Part shown: positions 48,695 to 57,873 of the stretch, piece after piece
How the letters are laid out: the number at the start of each line of letters is the position of its first letter
Numbering within the stretch: the first letter of the stretch is position 1
From: a bacterium
GTDB lineage: Bacteria > UBA8248 > JACPRG01 > G963555815
Direction: 5' to 3'
Length of the DNA: 64,000 nt
NCBI GenBank assembly: GCA_965218795.1
Contig: OZ244653.1
Location: forward strand, 3,104,001 to 3,168,000
Program-made: the position numbers and the translations under genes
Notes under the pieces: model-generated
What the model saw: only the letters and a program-made list of their open reading frames with translations
What the model was told of the DNA's origin: nothing
Databases searched by the model: none

Positions 48695-49384
48695 TCAGCC
48701 CTTGGACTGGACGGGCCGACTGTCCGGGGGGATCTGCCGTTGCACCCAAGACAATCCGAAACCGTCGCCGGGGAGGGGGTATTCCTTCCGTAGGGGAAAT
48801 CCTTCCCAATCCGCGGGAAGCAGAATCCGGCGCAGGTCGGGATGACCTTCGAACTCAATCCCGAACATGTCGAAAGCTTCCCGCTCGAGCCAGTTCGCTG
48901 TCCGCCAAACGCCCTGAACCGACGAAACGGCATCACCCTCGGCCAGCCGCACCTTCAGCCGGAGGCGCTCGGAGCGCTCGATCGAAAACAACTGATAGAC
49001 GACCTCCAGAGGCTTTTCCCGCTCCGGATAGTGGACCCCGCACAGGTCCGACAGGAAATCGAAGCCATGTTCCTCTTTGAGGAAGCGGCACAATACCAAA
49101 ATCCGGCCAGCGGGCACGACCATGGAGACCTCATCGGGACCTTCCGTAAACGAGGTGACCTCTTCGACTTCGTCTCCGATCAGGCTCCGGACGGCCTGCA
49201 CCCCTCGCAGGGACTCGATGGGATCCTCCGGCTCTTCGGACGGTTCCTCAGGGGGCGCAGCTTCGCCTTCGCCGCCTCCCGCGGAAGCGGCTTCTTCCGT
49301 GTTTTCTTGAGTTTCCGAGGACGGTTCCGACTCGGCAGCGGAGGGAGCCCCTTCTTCCTCCTCCGTCTGATTCTCTTCGGCCAT
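48695..49384 (-). CDS. nuoC: NADH-quinone oxidoreductase subunit C (operon 2), with an acidic N-terminal extension
   Basis: ANWLEREAFDMFGI.FEGHPDLRRIL and GFPLRKEYP. Confidence 0.92.
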   Translation of the reverse strand: MAEENQTEEEEGAPSAAESEPSSETQENTEEAASAGGGEGEAAPPEEPSEEPEDPIESLRGVQAVRSLIGDEVEEVTSFTEGPDEVSMVVPAGRILVLCRFLKEEHGFDFLSDLCGVHYPEREKPLEVVYQLFSIERSERLRLKVRLAEGDAVSSVQGVWRTANWLEREAFDMFGIEFEGHPDLRRILLPADWEGFPLRKEYPLPGDGFGLSWVQRQIPPDSRPVQSKG

Positions 49385-49399
49385 AAGTTTCCTGAATTG

Positions 49400-49876
49400 T
49401 TACGCGCGCAGGAACTTCTCCTGCTGAATCTTTTCCTGGAGTTTCAATACCCCCCACATCAGGGCTTCAGGACGCGGCGGGCACCCGGAGATGTAAATGT
49501 CTACCGGAACCACCTGGTCCACCCCCTGAAGAGTGGAGTAGGAGTTGAACGGTCCGCCGGCGGTCGAACAACTCCCCATCGAAATCACCCATCTCGGCTC
49601 GGGCATCTGGTCGTACACCTTTCGGAGCACCGGAGCCATCTTGTACGTGACCGTCCCGGCGACGATCATGACGTCCGACTGTCGCGGCGTCGCGCGGAAG
49701 ATCACACCGAACCGGTCGAAGTCGAAGCGCGAGGCTCCCGACGCCATCATCTCGATGGCACAGCAGGCCAATCCGAACGTCATGGGCCACAAGGCCGACT
49801 TCCGCGCCCAGTTCACCAGATAATCCAGCGTCGTGGTGAGAATGTTCTCCTGAAATCGGTGTTCGACTATACCCAT
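49400..49876 (-). CDS. nuoB: NADH-quinone oxidoreductase subunit B (operon 2)
   Basis: [15 protein letters not shown] and GCPPRPE; start MGIVEH at 49876. Confidence 0.95.
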   Translation of the reverse strand: MGIVEHRFQENILTTTLDYLVNWARKSALWPMTFGLACCAIEMMASGASRFDFDRFGVIFRATPRQSDVMIVAGTVTYKMAPVLRKVYDQMPEPRWVISMGSCSTAGGPFNSYSTLQGVDQVVPVDIYISGCPPRPEALMWGVLKLQEKIQQEKFLRA

Positions 49877-50259
49877 TCCAGGGCTCCCTTCTTCCAGGCG
49901 TAAACGTATCCTACGAGCAGGATCAAGAGGAAGAGCATCATCTCGATGAACCCGAACAGACCGATACGGTCGTAGACCACGGCCCACGGAAAGAGAAATA
50001 CGCCTTCCACATCGAACAAGAGAAACAGGATGGCAACGATATAGAATCGGATGGAGAAATGCTCGCGCGCCCGGATTAAGGGAGGAATTCCGCATTCATA
50101 AGGTGAAAGTTTTTCCGGATCAGGTCGATGGGGGCGCACAATCGCGGCGATGATCAGCGTTCCTCCTCCGAAGGCCGCCGCCACCAGCAGAAAGATAAAG
50201 ACGGGTATAAATGGATGTATCGACGTATAGTCGCTGAAAAAGCGGCTCAGTAATTCCAC
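49867..50259 (-). CDS. nuoA: NADH-quinone oxidoreductase subunit A (operon 2)
   Basis: [15 protein letters not shown] and [10 protein letters not shown]. Confidence 0.95.
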   Translation of the reverse strand: MELLSRFFSDYTSIHPFIPVFIFLLVAAAFGGGTLIIAAIVRPHRPDPEKLSPYECGIPPLIRAREHFSIRFYIVAILFLLFDVEGVFLFPWAVVYDRIGLFGFIEMMLFLLILLVGYVYAWKKGALEWV

Positions 50260-50337
50260 GCTGACAGACCCTCGACTTGAATTGGATAGCAGACAGTCGA
50301 AATGTCACCGGATTGGGTACCACCAGAACGTAACGAA

Positions 50338-50390
50338 ATTATAATCCTTCCTCCACCCTCGTAAAAGGGCAAATCGTAAATATTTGCACT
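50338..50390 (-). promoter_or_regulatory. Sigma70-like promoter and upstream inverted repeat for nuo operon 2
   Basis: Minus strand reads TTTACG-N16-TATAAT (50365-50338); GCAAAT-N7-ATTTGC inverted repeat at 50369-50387. Confidence 0.5.
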
Positions 50391-50403
50391 TTTTTTCACA
50401 AGC

Positions 50404-51900
50404 TCAAAACCCCCCGGCGGCGGCCCATCTGGCCAGCGCCAAGGCCTGTGAAGGGAATATCCCGAGCTGAAGCGTCCCCCAGCCCGCGATCAGGAGACCC
50501 GCGGCGGTCAGGACACCGACCCGGAGGACCGCGGCGCCCGGGCCGGCTTCCATTTTCGCATCACCGGCCACAGCGCCCTCCGGCTCCCGCATGTACAGGT
50601 GGACGACGACACCCAGGTAGTAAGTCACGGCCGCCACGCTGTTCAGCACGGCGATGATCACCAGCCAGGTGTAACCGGCCTGCACCGCCGCACTGAAGAT
50701 GTAGACCTTGCCCATGAATCCGGCCGTCGGCGGAAGTCCTGCAAGGCTGAACATGAACAGGGCCAGGACGAATCCCAAAACCGGATGGCGGAACCCCAAC
50801 CCGTCGTATTCGGACAGCTCGAGCGATTCACGGCCGTCCCGATTCATCGCACCCAAAGCAATGATGACCCCGAAGGCTCCGACCGTGCTCAGCGTGTACT
50901 GGAACAGGTAGAACAGGAGACCACCGGAGCCGGTCTCATTCAGAGCAACCAGCGCCACGAGGAGATAGCCGGCATGGGCGATGCTCGAGTAGGCCAGCAT
51001 CCGCTTGATGTTGCGCTGGGTGATGGCAGCCACATTCCCCAAGGTCATGGTCAGGACGGCCATCACCCATAGAATTCCGCCCCAATCCACATGAAGGGCG
51101 GCGAGCGGGCCCGCGAAGACGCGGAACAGAGCAGCGAAGCCCGCGGCCTTGACAGCGGCCGCCATAAACCCCGTGACCGGAGTGGGCGCGCCTTCGTACA
51201 CGTCGGGGGCCCACATATGGAACGGCACCGCAGCCACTTTGAACCCGAACCCCACCACCAGCAACCCGATGCCCACCAGCAGGAGCCAGTCGGCGCCGCC
51301 CGATTGGCCGGCCAGCCTCTCGCTCAGGATGGCGTGGTCCAGGCTTCCGGTGCTGCCGTAGATCAGGGCGATTCCATAAAGCAAAAAACCGCTGGCAAAG
51401 GCCCCCATCAGGAAGTACTTCATGGACGCCTCGCTGGAGGCGACCCTCGTCTTGAGCAATCCCGCCAGGACATAGGAAGCAATGGACATCACCTCGAGAC
51501 CGAGGAAGATTGTGACCAGGTTCGTCCCGCCCGCCATCATGACCATCCCCGCAGCCGCAAAAAGCAATAGGGCGTAATACTCGCCCCCGGCGATTCCTTC
51601 GCGCGCCGTATAGTTGTAGGACAGAAGCCATGTGAGGGCAGTCCCCAAGACGAAGATCAACGTAAAGGCCTGGGTCACCCGGTCGGAGGAGAACATCCCG
51701 TTGAAGACCCGCTGGGGCGTATCCCAAATCGCGATGGCCGACGCCGCCGTTCCCGCCAAAATCACCAGGCCCAGTCCCGCGAGCCAGCCGCGGGCATCCT
51801 TCATGAAGACATCCACCATCAATACCGCAATGGCGCCCAGGCAGAGCCACACCAGGGGCAGAACGGCGGTCAGGTTAACGCTGGGAATTTCGGGCAACAC
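50404..51900 (-). CDS. nuoN: NADH-quinone oxidoreductase subunit N (operon 1)
   Basis: LEVMS, EASMKYF and FKVAAVPFHMWAPDVYEGAPTP; start estimated near 51900. Confidence 0.93.
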   Translation of the reverse strand: MLPEIPSVNLTAVLPLVWLCLGAIAVLMVDVFMKDARGWLAGLGLVILAGTAASAIAIWDTPQRVFNGMFSSDRVTQAFTLIFVLGTALTWLLSYNYTAREGIAGGEYYALLLFAAAGMVMMAGGTNLVTIFLGLEVMSIASYVLAGLLKTRVASSEASMKYFLMGAFASGFLLYGIALIYGSTGSLDHAILSERLAGQSGGADWLLLVGIGLLVVGFGFKVAAVPFHMWAPDVYEGAPTPVTGFMAAAVKAAGFAALFRVFAGPLAALHVDWGGILWVMAVLTMTLGNVAAITQRNIKRMLAYSSIAHAGYLLVALVALNETGSGGLLFYLFQYTLSTVGAFGVIIALGAMNRDGRESLELSEYDGLGFRHPVLGFVLALFMFSLAGLPPTAGFMGKVYIFSAAVQAGYTWLVIIAVLNSVAAVTYYLGVVVHLYMREPEGAVAGDAKMEAGPGAAVLRVGVLTAAGLLIAGWGTLQLGIFPSQALALARWAAAGGF

Positions 51901-53455
51901 GAGTCGGCTCCCGCATCGAATCAACAGACCATGAACCATTTCGGAGCGATGCCGTGCGTTCAGCCTTGGAGGCATTTTCCTTCAGAACTTGCACGACGGA
52001 CGCTTCCATCTTCTGCAAGAATGGTTTGGGGGCCAGTCCGATCCAAAAGACAAACAGGACGATGGGGACCAGAACCGCCCACTCCCTCGGATTGAGGTCG
52101 GGGAGTGACCGATTTTCATCCTGCGTCAACTCTCCGAAGATCACTCGCTGAACCATCCAGAGCATATAGACGGCTCCCAGGATGATCCCCAGCGCGGCCC
52201 ACGCGGTCGCCCAGCGGTGCACACGGAATGAACCCATCAAAAGGGTGAATTCACCGATGAACCCGTTCAGCCCCGGAAGCCCGATCGAAGAAAACGTAAT
52301 AATGAGAAAAATGACCGAGTAGGCCGGAATGATCTTGGCCAGCCCTCCGTACTGCGCCATGAGACGGGTATGCCGTCGCTCGTAGAGAATCCCGACCAGA
52401 AGGAACAAGGCACCGGTCGACAGCCCGTGATTCACCATCTGAAGGATTCCGCCTTCAATCCCCTGGACGTTTACCGCAAACAAACCCAACATGACGAACC
52501 CCAAGTGACTGACCGAGCTGTATGCCACCAATCGTTTGATATCTTCCTGGACAAAGGCCATCAAAGCTCCGTACAGGATCCCGATGACCGACAGAGCGAC
52601 GATGAACGGAGTAAAATCTCTTGCGGCCAGCGGAAAGAACGGAATCGCGAAACGAATGAAGCCATACGTCCCCATCTTCAGGAGGACGCCCGCCAGGATT
52701 ACACTCCCCGAGGTGGGGGCCTCCACATGGGCGTCCGGAAGCCAGGTATGGAATGGAAACATGGGGACCTTGATGGCGAAGGCCAGGAAAAACGCTCCAA
52801 ACAGCCACCACTGGACGTCGCCCGCGAGTCCGAGCCGATTCAGCGTGAAATAATCGAAGGTCAAGGCGCCGGTAGCCTTGTAATTCAGATACACCATCAC
52901 CAGAAGAGCGACCAGCATCAGGACGCTTCCGGCCATGGTGTAGAGAAAAAACTTCACTGCCGCGTAGATCCTTCGCTCCCCCCCCCAAACGCCGATGAGC
53001 AGCGCCATGGGAATCAGCATGACCTCCCAGAACACGTAAAAGAGGAACATGTCGAGGGCAACGAAGACCCCCAGCATGGCCGACTCGAGGACGAGCATGG
53101 CGATATAGAACCCCTTAATGCGGCGCTGGATCTCCCGCCAGGAGCTCAGGATGGCAAGCGGTGTCAGGAACACCGTCAGCAACACCATCCACAAACTGAT
53201 TCCATCCACCCCCAATCGATAGCCAATCCCGAAGGTGGGGATCCACTCGACGTTTTCCGAGAACTGCATCGCTGCCACATCTGGGCGGAATGAGATACAG
53301 AGGATCACGCCCAAAACAAACGTCGCCGTCGAGAAAATCAGGGCGATTCCCTTTAGCGTCGACGGCTCCCGGCGGCTCCATCCGCCCACCAGAAACGCGC
53401 CCGCCAGGGGAAGAAAAACAATCCAACTCAAAATGGGAAATTCCATCGAATCCAA
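51875..53455 (-). CDS. nuoM: NADH-quinone oxidoreductase subunit M (operon 1)
   Basis: FWEVMLIP and IKVPMFPFHTWLPDAHVEAPT. Confidence 0.95.
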   Translation of the reverse strand: MDSMEFPILSWIVFLPLAGAFLVGGWSRREPSTLKGIALIFSTATFVLGVILCISFRPDVAAMQFSENVEWIPTFGIGYRLGVDGISLWMVLLTVFLTPLAILSSWREIQRRIKGFYIAMLVLESAMLGVFVALDMFLFYVFWEVMLIPMALLIGVWGGERRIYAAVKFFLYTMAGSVLMLVALLVMVYLNYKATGALTFDYFTLNRLGLAGDVQWWLFGAFFLAFAIKVPMFPFHTWLPDAHVEAPTSGSVILAGVLLKMGTYGFIRFAIPFFPLAARDFTPFIVALSVIGILYGALMAFVQEDIKRLVAYSSVSHLGFVMLGLFAVNVQGIEGGILQMVNHGLSTGALFLLVGILYERRHTRLMAQYGGLAKIIPAYSVIFLIITFSSIGLPGLNGFIGEFTLLMGSFRVHRWATAWAALGIILGAVYMLWMVQRVIFGELTQDENRSLPDLNPREWAVLVPIVLFVFWIGLAPKPFLQKMEASVVQVLKENASKAERTASLRNGSWSVDSMREPTRVARNSQR

Positions 53456-53493
53456 CCCGTCCCTATCCGGGATCGGCGCTCCGCTTCATTCCC

Positions 53494-55416
53494 TCAGCGC
53501 CACGTGTAAAACAGAGTAATCGCCAACACCCCAATCAACATCGAAAGCAGATAGGTCTTCGCGTAACCCGTTTGGAGAGTTCGAAAATATCCCGAAAAGT
53601 TTCGGAAGGTCCCGCCAATCCCATTCACCAGACCATCGACGATAATGACATCCACCCTCGCCCAGAGCGCATGGGCGACCGTTCCTAAAGGTACAACGAA
53701 GAGCGCGTCGTACATCTCATCCACATAGAATTTGTTGACGAACAGCCGGTAGAAACCCGGCAGCCTGTCCGCCGCACGCTTTGCCAGCTCGGGCCGGACC
53801 AGATACATCCGATTGGCCAGATAAATCCCCAATAGGGCCACGGCCAGGGAAATCAGCATCAAACCCAACTCCAGCCCCACGCTGCCGTGAGACGGCCCGT
53901 GGGCGCCGGGCAGTTTCGCCGCGCCCGCGAACACTGGTCCCAGGAAATCCCCGAACACATCGGCGCCGTGGATGATGGGAACCCCGATCCACCCACCGAT
54001 GACGGCCAGCACGCTCAGAACAATCAGTGGAAGGGTCATCACGGCGGGCGATTCGTGCGGACTGGGCGCCGCCGCCCCGCCAAACCGGAAGGACCCGTGG
54101 AATGTCAGAAACGTGCACCGAAACATGTAGAACGCCGTCAGGCCCGCCACGAGCACGCCGAAGATCCAGAAAACCGGATTCCCCTGCGACCATGCGTTCC
54201 AGAGGATGGCGTCCTTACTGAAAAACCCGGCCAGTGGAAAAACGCCGGCCAGTGCCAAGCCACCCGCTACAAAGGTCCAATACGTGGTCGGCATCTTTTT
54301 CCGCAGGCCGCCCATCTTCCGGATGTCCTGCTCCCCTCCCATCGCGTGGATGACGCTTCCCGAGCCCAGGAAAAGGAGGGCTTTGAAGAACGCGTGCGTC
54401 ATGAGGTGAAAAATGGCCGCGCCGAACGCGCCCACACCGCACGCCAGGAACATGTACCCCAGCTGGCTGATGGTGGAATACGCGAGAACTCGCTTGATAT
54501 CGGTCTGAACCAGGGCGATCAGAGCCGCCAGGAGAGCCGTGGCGGTCCCGATGACGGCAATCGTCATCAGCGCCGCCGGAGACAGAAGGAACAGAACGTG
54601 GGTCCGGGCGACCATGTAGACGCCAGCCGTCACCATGGTGGCCGCGTGAATCAAGGCGCTGACCGGCGTCGGTCCCTCCATGGCGTCGGGGAGCCAGGTA
54701 TAAAGAGGGATCTGCGCGGATTTTCCCGTGGCCCCCAGAAAGAGCAGAAGCGCAATGGCGGTCACGACCGCGCTTCCCGCGGCCAGCTTTTCGGGCGCGG
54801 CGGCGAAAACCTCTTTGAAATCCAGCGTTCCAAGGGTGGAGAAGAGCAGGAAGATCGCGATAGCGAATCCGAAATCCCCAATTCGATTGACGATGAAGGC
54901 CTTCTTCCCCGCGTCCGAGGCGGATTTCTTCTCGAACCAGAACCCGATAAGCAGGTAGGAGCACAGGCCGACACCCTCCCAGCCGACGAACATCAGGAAG
55001 AAGTTGTCAGCCAGCACCAGCAGCGACATGGCGAACAGGAACAGGTTCAGGTATGCGAAGTAGCGTGGCTGACCCGGATCGTCATGCATGTACCCGACGG
55101 AATATACGTGAATGACAAAGCCTACCCCTGTGACCACCAGAATCATGACGGCGGAGAGGGGGTCCAGAAGCAGAGAGGCTTTGATGACGAAATCCCCTGA
55201 GGCGATCCAGGTGTAGAGCGTGTGGTGAATCGAGCGTTCCGACGGCTCCAGGCTCAGAAGGCTGAAGAAGATCCATAAGGCCGCCGCGAAGCTCAATCCC
55301 GACGCAATGCAGGCGATGGCGCCCGCTCGCCGGGCTCCAGTCCAACGGCCGAACAGTCCGTTGACGACGGCGCCCAGGGCGGGGAACAGCGGAATCAGCC
55401 AGAGGTTTTCTTGCAT
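53494..55416 (-). CDS. nuoL: NADH-quinone oxidoreductase subunit L (operon 1), normal-length helix
   Basis: GKSAQIPLYTWLPDAMEGPTP; single VDGLVNG; start MQENLW. Confidence 0.95.
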   Translation of the reverse strand: MQENLWLIPLFPALGAVVNGLFGRWTGARRAGAIACIASGLSFAAALWIFFSLLSLEPSERSIHHTLYTWIASGDFVIKASLLLDPLSAVMILVVTGVGFVIHVYSVGYMHDDPGQPRYFAYLNLFLFAMSLLVLADNFFLMFVGWEGVGLCSYLLIGFWFEKKSASDAGKKAFIVNRIGDFGFAIAIFLLFSTLGTLDFKEVFAAAPEKLAAGSAVVTAIALLLFLGATGKSAQIPLYTWLPDAMEGPTPVSALIHAATMVTAGVYMVARTHVLFLLSPAALMTIAVIGTATALLAALIALVQTDIKRVLAYSTISQLGYMFLACGVGAFGAAIFHLMTHAFFKALLFLGSGSVIHAMGGEQDIRKMGGLRKKMPTTYWTFVAGGLALAGVFPLAGFFSKDAILWNAWSQGNPVFWIFGVLVAGLTAFYMFRCTFLTFHGSFRFGGAAAPSPHESPAVMTLPLIVLSVLAVIGGWIGVPIIHGADVFGDFLGPVFAGAAKLPGAHGPSHGSVGLELGLMLISLAVALLGIYLANRMYLVRPELAKRAADRLPGFYRLFVNKFYVDEMYDALFVVPLGTVAHALWARVDVIIVDGLVNGIGGTFRNFSGYFRTLQTGYAKTYLLSMLIGVLAITLFYTWR

Positions 55417-55420
55417 GCCG

Positions 55421-55723
55421 TTACAAGCGGAGCAGGTTGACTTCGTCCACGTCAACCGACTGCTTATGCCGATAAATCGAGATGATAATGACGAGCCCCA
55501 CGGCGGCCTCAGCCGCCGCGACCGTCATCACAAAGAAAACGAGAATCTGCCCGTCCAAGGTTTGCAGAAATCGGGAAAACGCGACGAGCGTCAGGTTGGC
55601 CGCGTTCAGCATCAACTCGATGCACATGAAGATCACGATGGCATTTCGACGCAGGAGCACACCGATAACGCCGATCCCAAAGAGGATCGCGCTCAAAATC
55701 AGGTAGTGTGAGAGAGGAACCAA
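55421..55723 (-). CDS. nuoK: NADH-quinone oxidoreductase subunit K (operon 1)
   Basis: [17 protein letters not shown] and AAAEAAVGL; TTG start. Confidence 0.92.
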   Translation of the reverse strand: MVPLSHYLILSAILFGIGVIGVLLRRNAIVIFMCIELMLNAANLTLVAFSRFLQTLDGQILVFFVMTVAAAEAAVGLVIIISIYRHKQSVDVDEVNLLRL

Positions 55724-55827
55724 CTCGTCTTTCCTCCGCTTTTCTCCGATTCCATGCCGAATCGATTCAGGTTGCCCTGGAACGACTTCCGAGGCGTCCA
55801 CCGGTAAATCGTTAACGCGGGGAGCGC

Positions 55828-56343
55828 CTAACCGGGACTCCGCCGGGCCAGGACCACTGCCCCGATGATCGCGACAAACAGTAAGATGGAAGTGATCTCA
55901 AAGGGCAGGAGATAGTCGGTGAACAGGAGCCAACCGATGGACTTCACTCCGCCAATCTCGGCCAACCGCTCCGGAGAGAAAGCTCCGACCGCTTCCGGAT
56001 TCTTCACGCCACGCATCCGAGCAAGAACGAAAATCAATAAACCGAGGGCAAAAACCAAGCCCGCGATTTTCTGGCCTTTCAGCCTGAGCGGCGTCCGCTT
56101 CTCCCGGCCGACGTTGAGCAACATGATGACAAACAAAAAGAGCACCATGATGGCCCCGGCGTAGATCAGCACTTGAATAGCGGCGAGGAATTCAGCGTGG
56201 AGGAGCAGGAAGATACAGGCCAGGCTGAACAGGGTCCCGATGAGGTACAGGGCGCTGTACACCGCGTTTTTCGAACAGAGCACCATCAGCGCCGTCACGA
56301 CTGAGATCACCGCAAAGACGTAAAACAGGATCATCGGCATCAT
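55828..56343 (-). CDS. nuoJ: NADH-quinone oxidoreductase subunit J (operon 1)
   Basis: [27 protein letters not shown]. Confidence 0.93.
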   Translation of the reverse strand: MMPMILFYVFAVISVVTALMVLCSKNAVYSALYLIGTLFSLACIFLLLHAEFLAAIQVLIYAGAIMVLFLFVIMLLNVGREKRTPLRLKGQKIAGLVFALGLLIFVLARMRGVKNPEAVGAFSPERLAEIGGVKSIGWLLFTDYLLPFEITSILLFVAIIGAVVLARRSPG

Positions 56344-56861
56344 GGGGCCGGGTTCTCTGATTTGGGGACACGCCTCCCACCGATCGGGACGGTGTCATGC
56401 TTGGGCTCGGGCTCTTTTCGGAGAGATTCCGGCATCGGCACCAAGAGCCTATCCTTCGTGTACAGCATCGACTCGCGGGTATAGTCGCAGAACTCGTACG
56501 CTTCCCCCATGACGATGGCGTCCACCGGGCAGGCCTCGTCGCACATCCCGCAATAAATACATCGCAGCTCGTTGATCTCATATACCGAGGCGTATCGTTC
56601 CCCGGGCGATACCCGGTTTTCCGCCGTGTTCTCCTCCGACTCGATATAGATGCAATCCACCGGGCAGGCGGCCTGGCAAAGCTTGCAGCCGATACAGCGT
56701 TCCATGCCCGCATAGGGGCCGTCTTCATACCGCATCAGCTTGTGGAGCCCGCGGTATCCCGGCACCATGGGCGCCTTTTCTTCCGGATATTGAACCGTGA
56801 TGGGTTTTTTAAAAAGATGCCGGAACGTCAGGGCCAGCCCTTTTCCCAGTTCGGTAATCAT
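56340..56861 (-). CDS. nuoI: NADH-quinone oxidoreductase subunit I (operon 1)
   Basis: TVQYPEE; [12 protein letters not shown] and [12 protein letters not shown] (2x[4Fe-4S]). Confidence 0.95.
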   Translation of the reverse strand: MITELGKGLALTFRHLFKKPITVQYPEEKAPMVPGYRGLHKLMRYEDGPYAGMERCIGCKLCQAACPVDCIYIESEENTAENRVSPGERYASVYEINELRCIYCGMCDEACPVDAIVMGEAYEFCDYTRESMLYTKDRLLVPMPESLRKEPEPKHDTVPIGGRRVPKSENPAP

Positions 56862-56889
56862 CCTGCCGCCCTCCTGAGCGGCGTCGCCC

Positions 56890-57873
56890 TCAACCCCAGA
56901 ACGCCAGCACCGCACTCGTGATCAGGATGTTGGCCAGGGACAGCGGCAACAACACCTTCCAACCGTAGTCCATCAACTGGTCGTAACGGAGCCGAGGAAA
57001 CGTGGCCCGCAGCCAGATGAAAAAGAACAGAAAGCAAAATGTCTTGATGAGAAACCACACCACGGGCGGCAAGAGGGGGCCTCTCCATCCGCCCAAAAAC
57101 AAAGTGGAAGCCAAGGCCGAAATGGTGATCATAGCCGCGTACTCGCCCATAAAGAACATGGCAAATTTCATGCTGCTGTATTCCGTGTGATACCCGGCGA
57201 CCAGCTCCGTCTCCGCCTCCGGCAGATCGAAGGGAGCCCGATTGACCTCGGCCACCCCTGCAACCACGAACAGAAGAAATCCCAGAGGCTGCAACAGCAA
57301 GAAGGGAACCTTCGACTGAGCGTTCACAATCTCCACCAAGCTCAGGGAACCGGCCATCATGATAACGCCCACGGTCGATAACCCGAGGGTCAGCTCATAG
57401 CTAATCATCTGGGCCGAAGACCGGAGACCCCCGAGCAGGGAATATTTGCTGTTGGACGACCATCCGGCCATGACAAAACCCAGCACCCCCAGAGACGATA
57501 GCGCAAAGAAATACAGGAGCCCTACGTTGACATCCGCGATGACCAGATCGATGGACATGCCCATGACCTTCACGGAGCTGCCAAAGGGAATAATGGCGAA
57601 GGACGCGAGGGCGGGCACAAGGGTGACCATCGGGGCCACCACGAAGATTGCCTTGTTGGCCTCCCGCGGGATAACGTCTTCTTTGAAAAAAAGCTTGATG
57701 CCGTCGGCAATCGGCTGGAGGAGGCCGTGGAAGCCAACGCGCATCGGTCCCAGCCGCACCTGAATGCGCCCGAGCAATTTCCGCTCCACATACGTCATGT
57801 AAGCAACGGTGAGCAGGAGGATATGGAAGACGATGAGAATCTTCACCACCGTCGCGAGTACGAAGGCCATCAT
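56890..57873 (-). CDS. nuoH: NADH-quinone oxidoreductase subunit H (operon 1)
   Basis: [14 protein letters not shown] and [18 protein letters not shown]. Confidence 0.95.
   Translation of the reverse strand: MMAFVLATVVKILIVFHILLLTVAYMTYVERKLLGRIQVRLGPMRVGFHGLLQPIADGIKLFFKEDVIPREANKAIFVVAPMVTLVPALASFAIIPFGSSVKVMGMSIDLVIADVNVGLLYFFALSSLGVLGFVMAGWSSNSKYSLLGGLRSSAQMISYELTLGLSTVGVIMMAGSLSLVEIVNAQSKVPFLLLQPLGFLLFVVAGVAEVNRAPFDLPEAETELVAGYHTEYSSMKFAMFFMGEYAAMITISALASTLFLGGWRGPLLPPVVWFLIKTFCFLFFFIWLRATFPRLRYDQLMDYGWKVLLPLSLANILITSAVLAFWG

Noticed and set aside
47551-49876. Operon 2 as a group 4 [NiFe]-hydrogenase or Mrp-like complex
   Set aside because: The large subunit lacks both CxxC Ni-binding motifs and ends in GEVDR; NuoB has the complex I tandem CC; nuoA and nuoJ are present.
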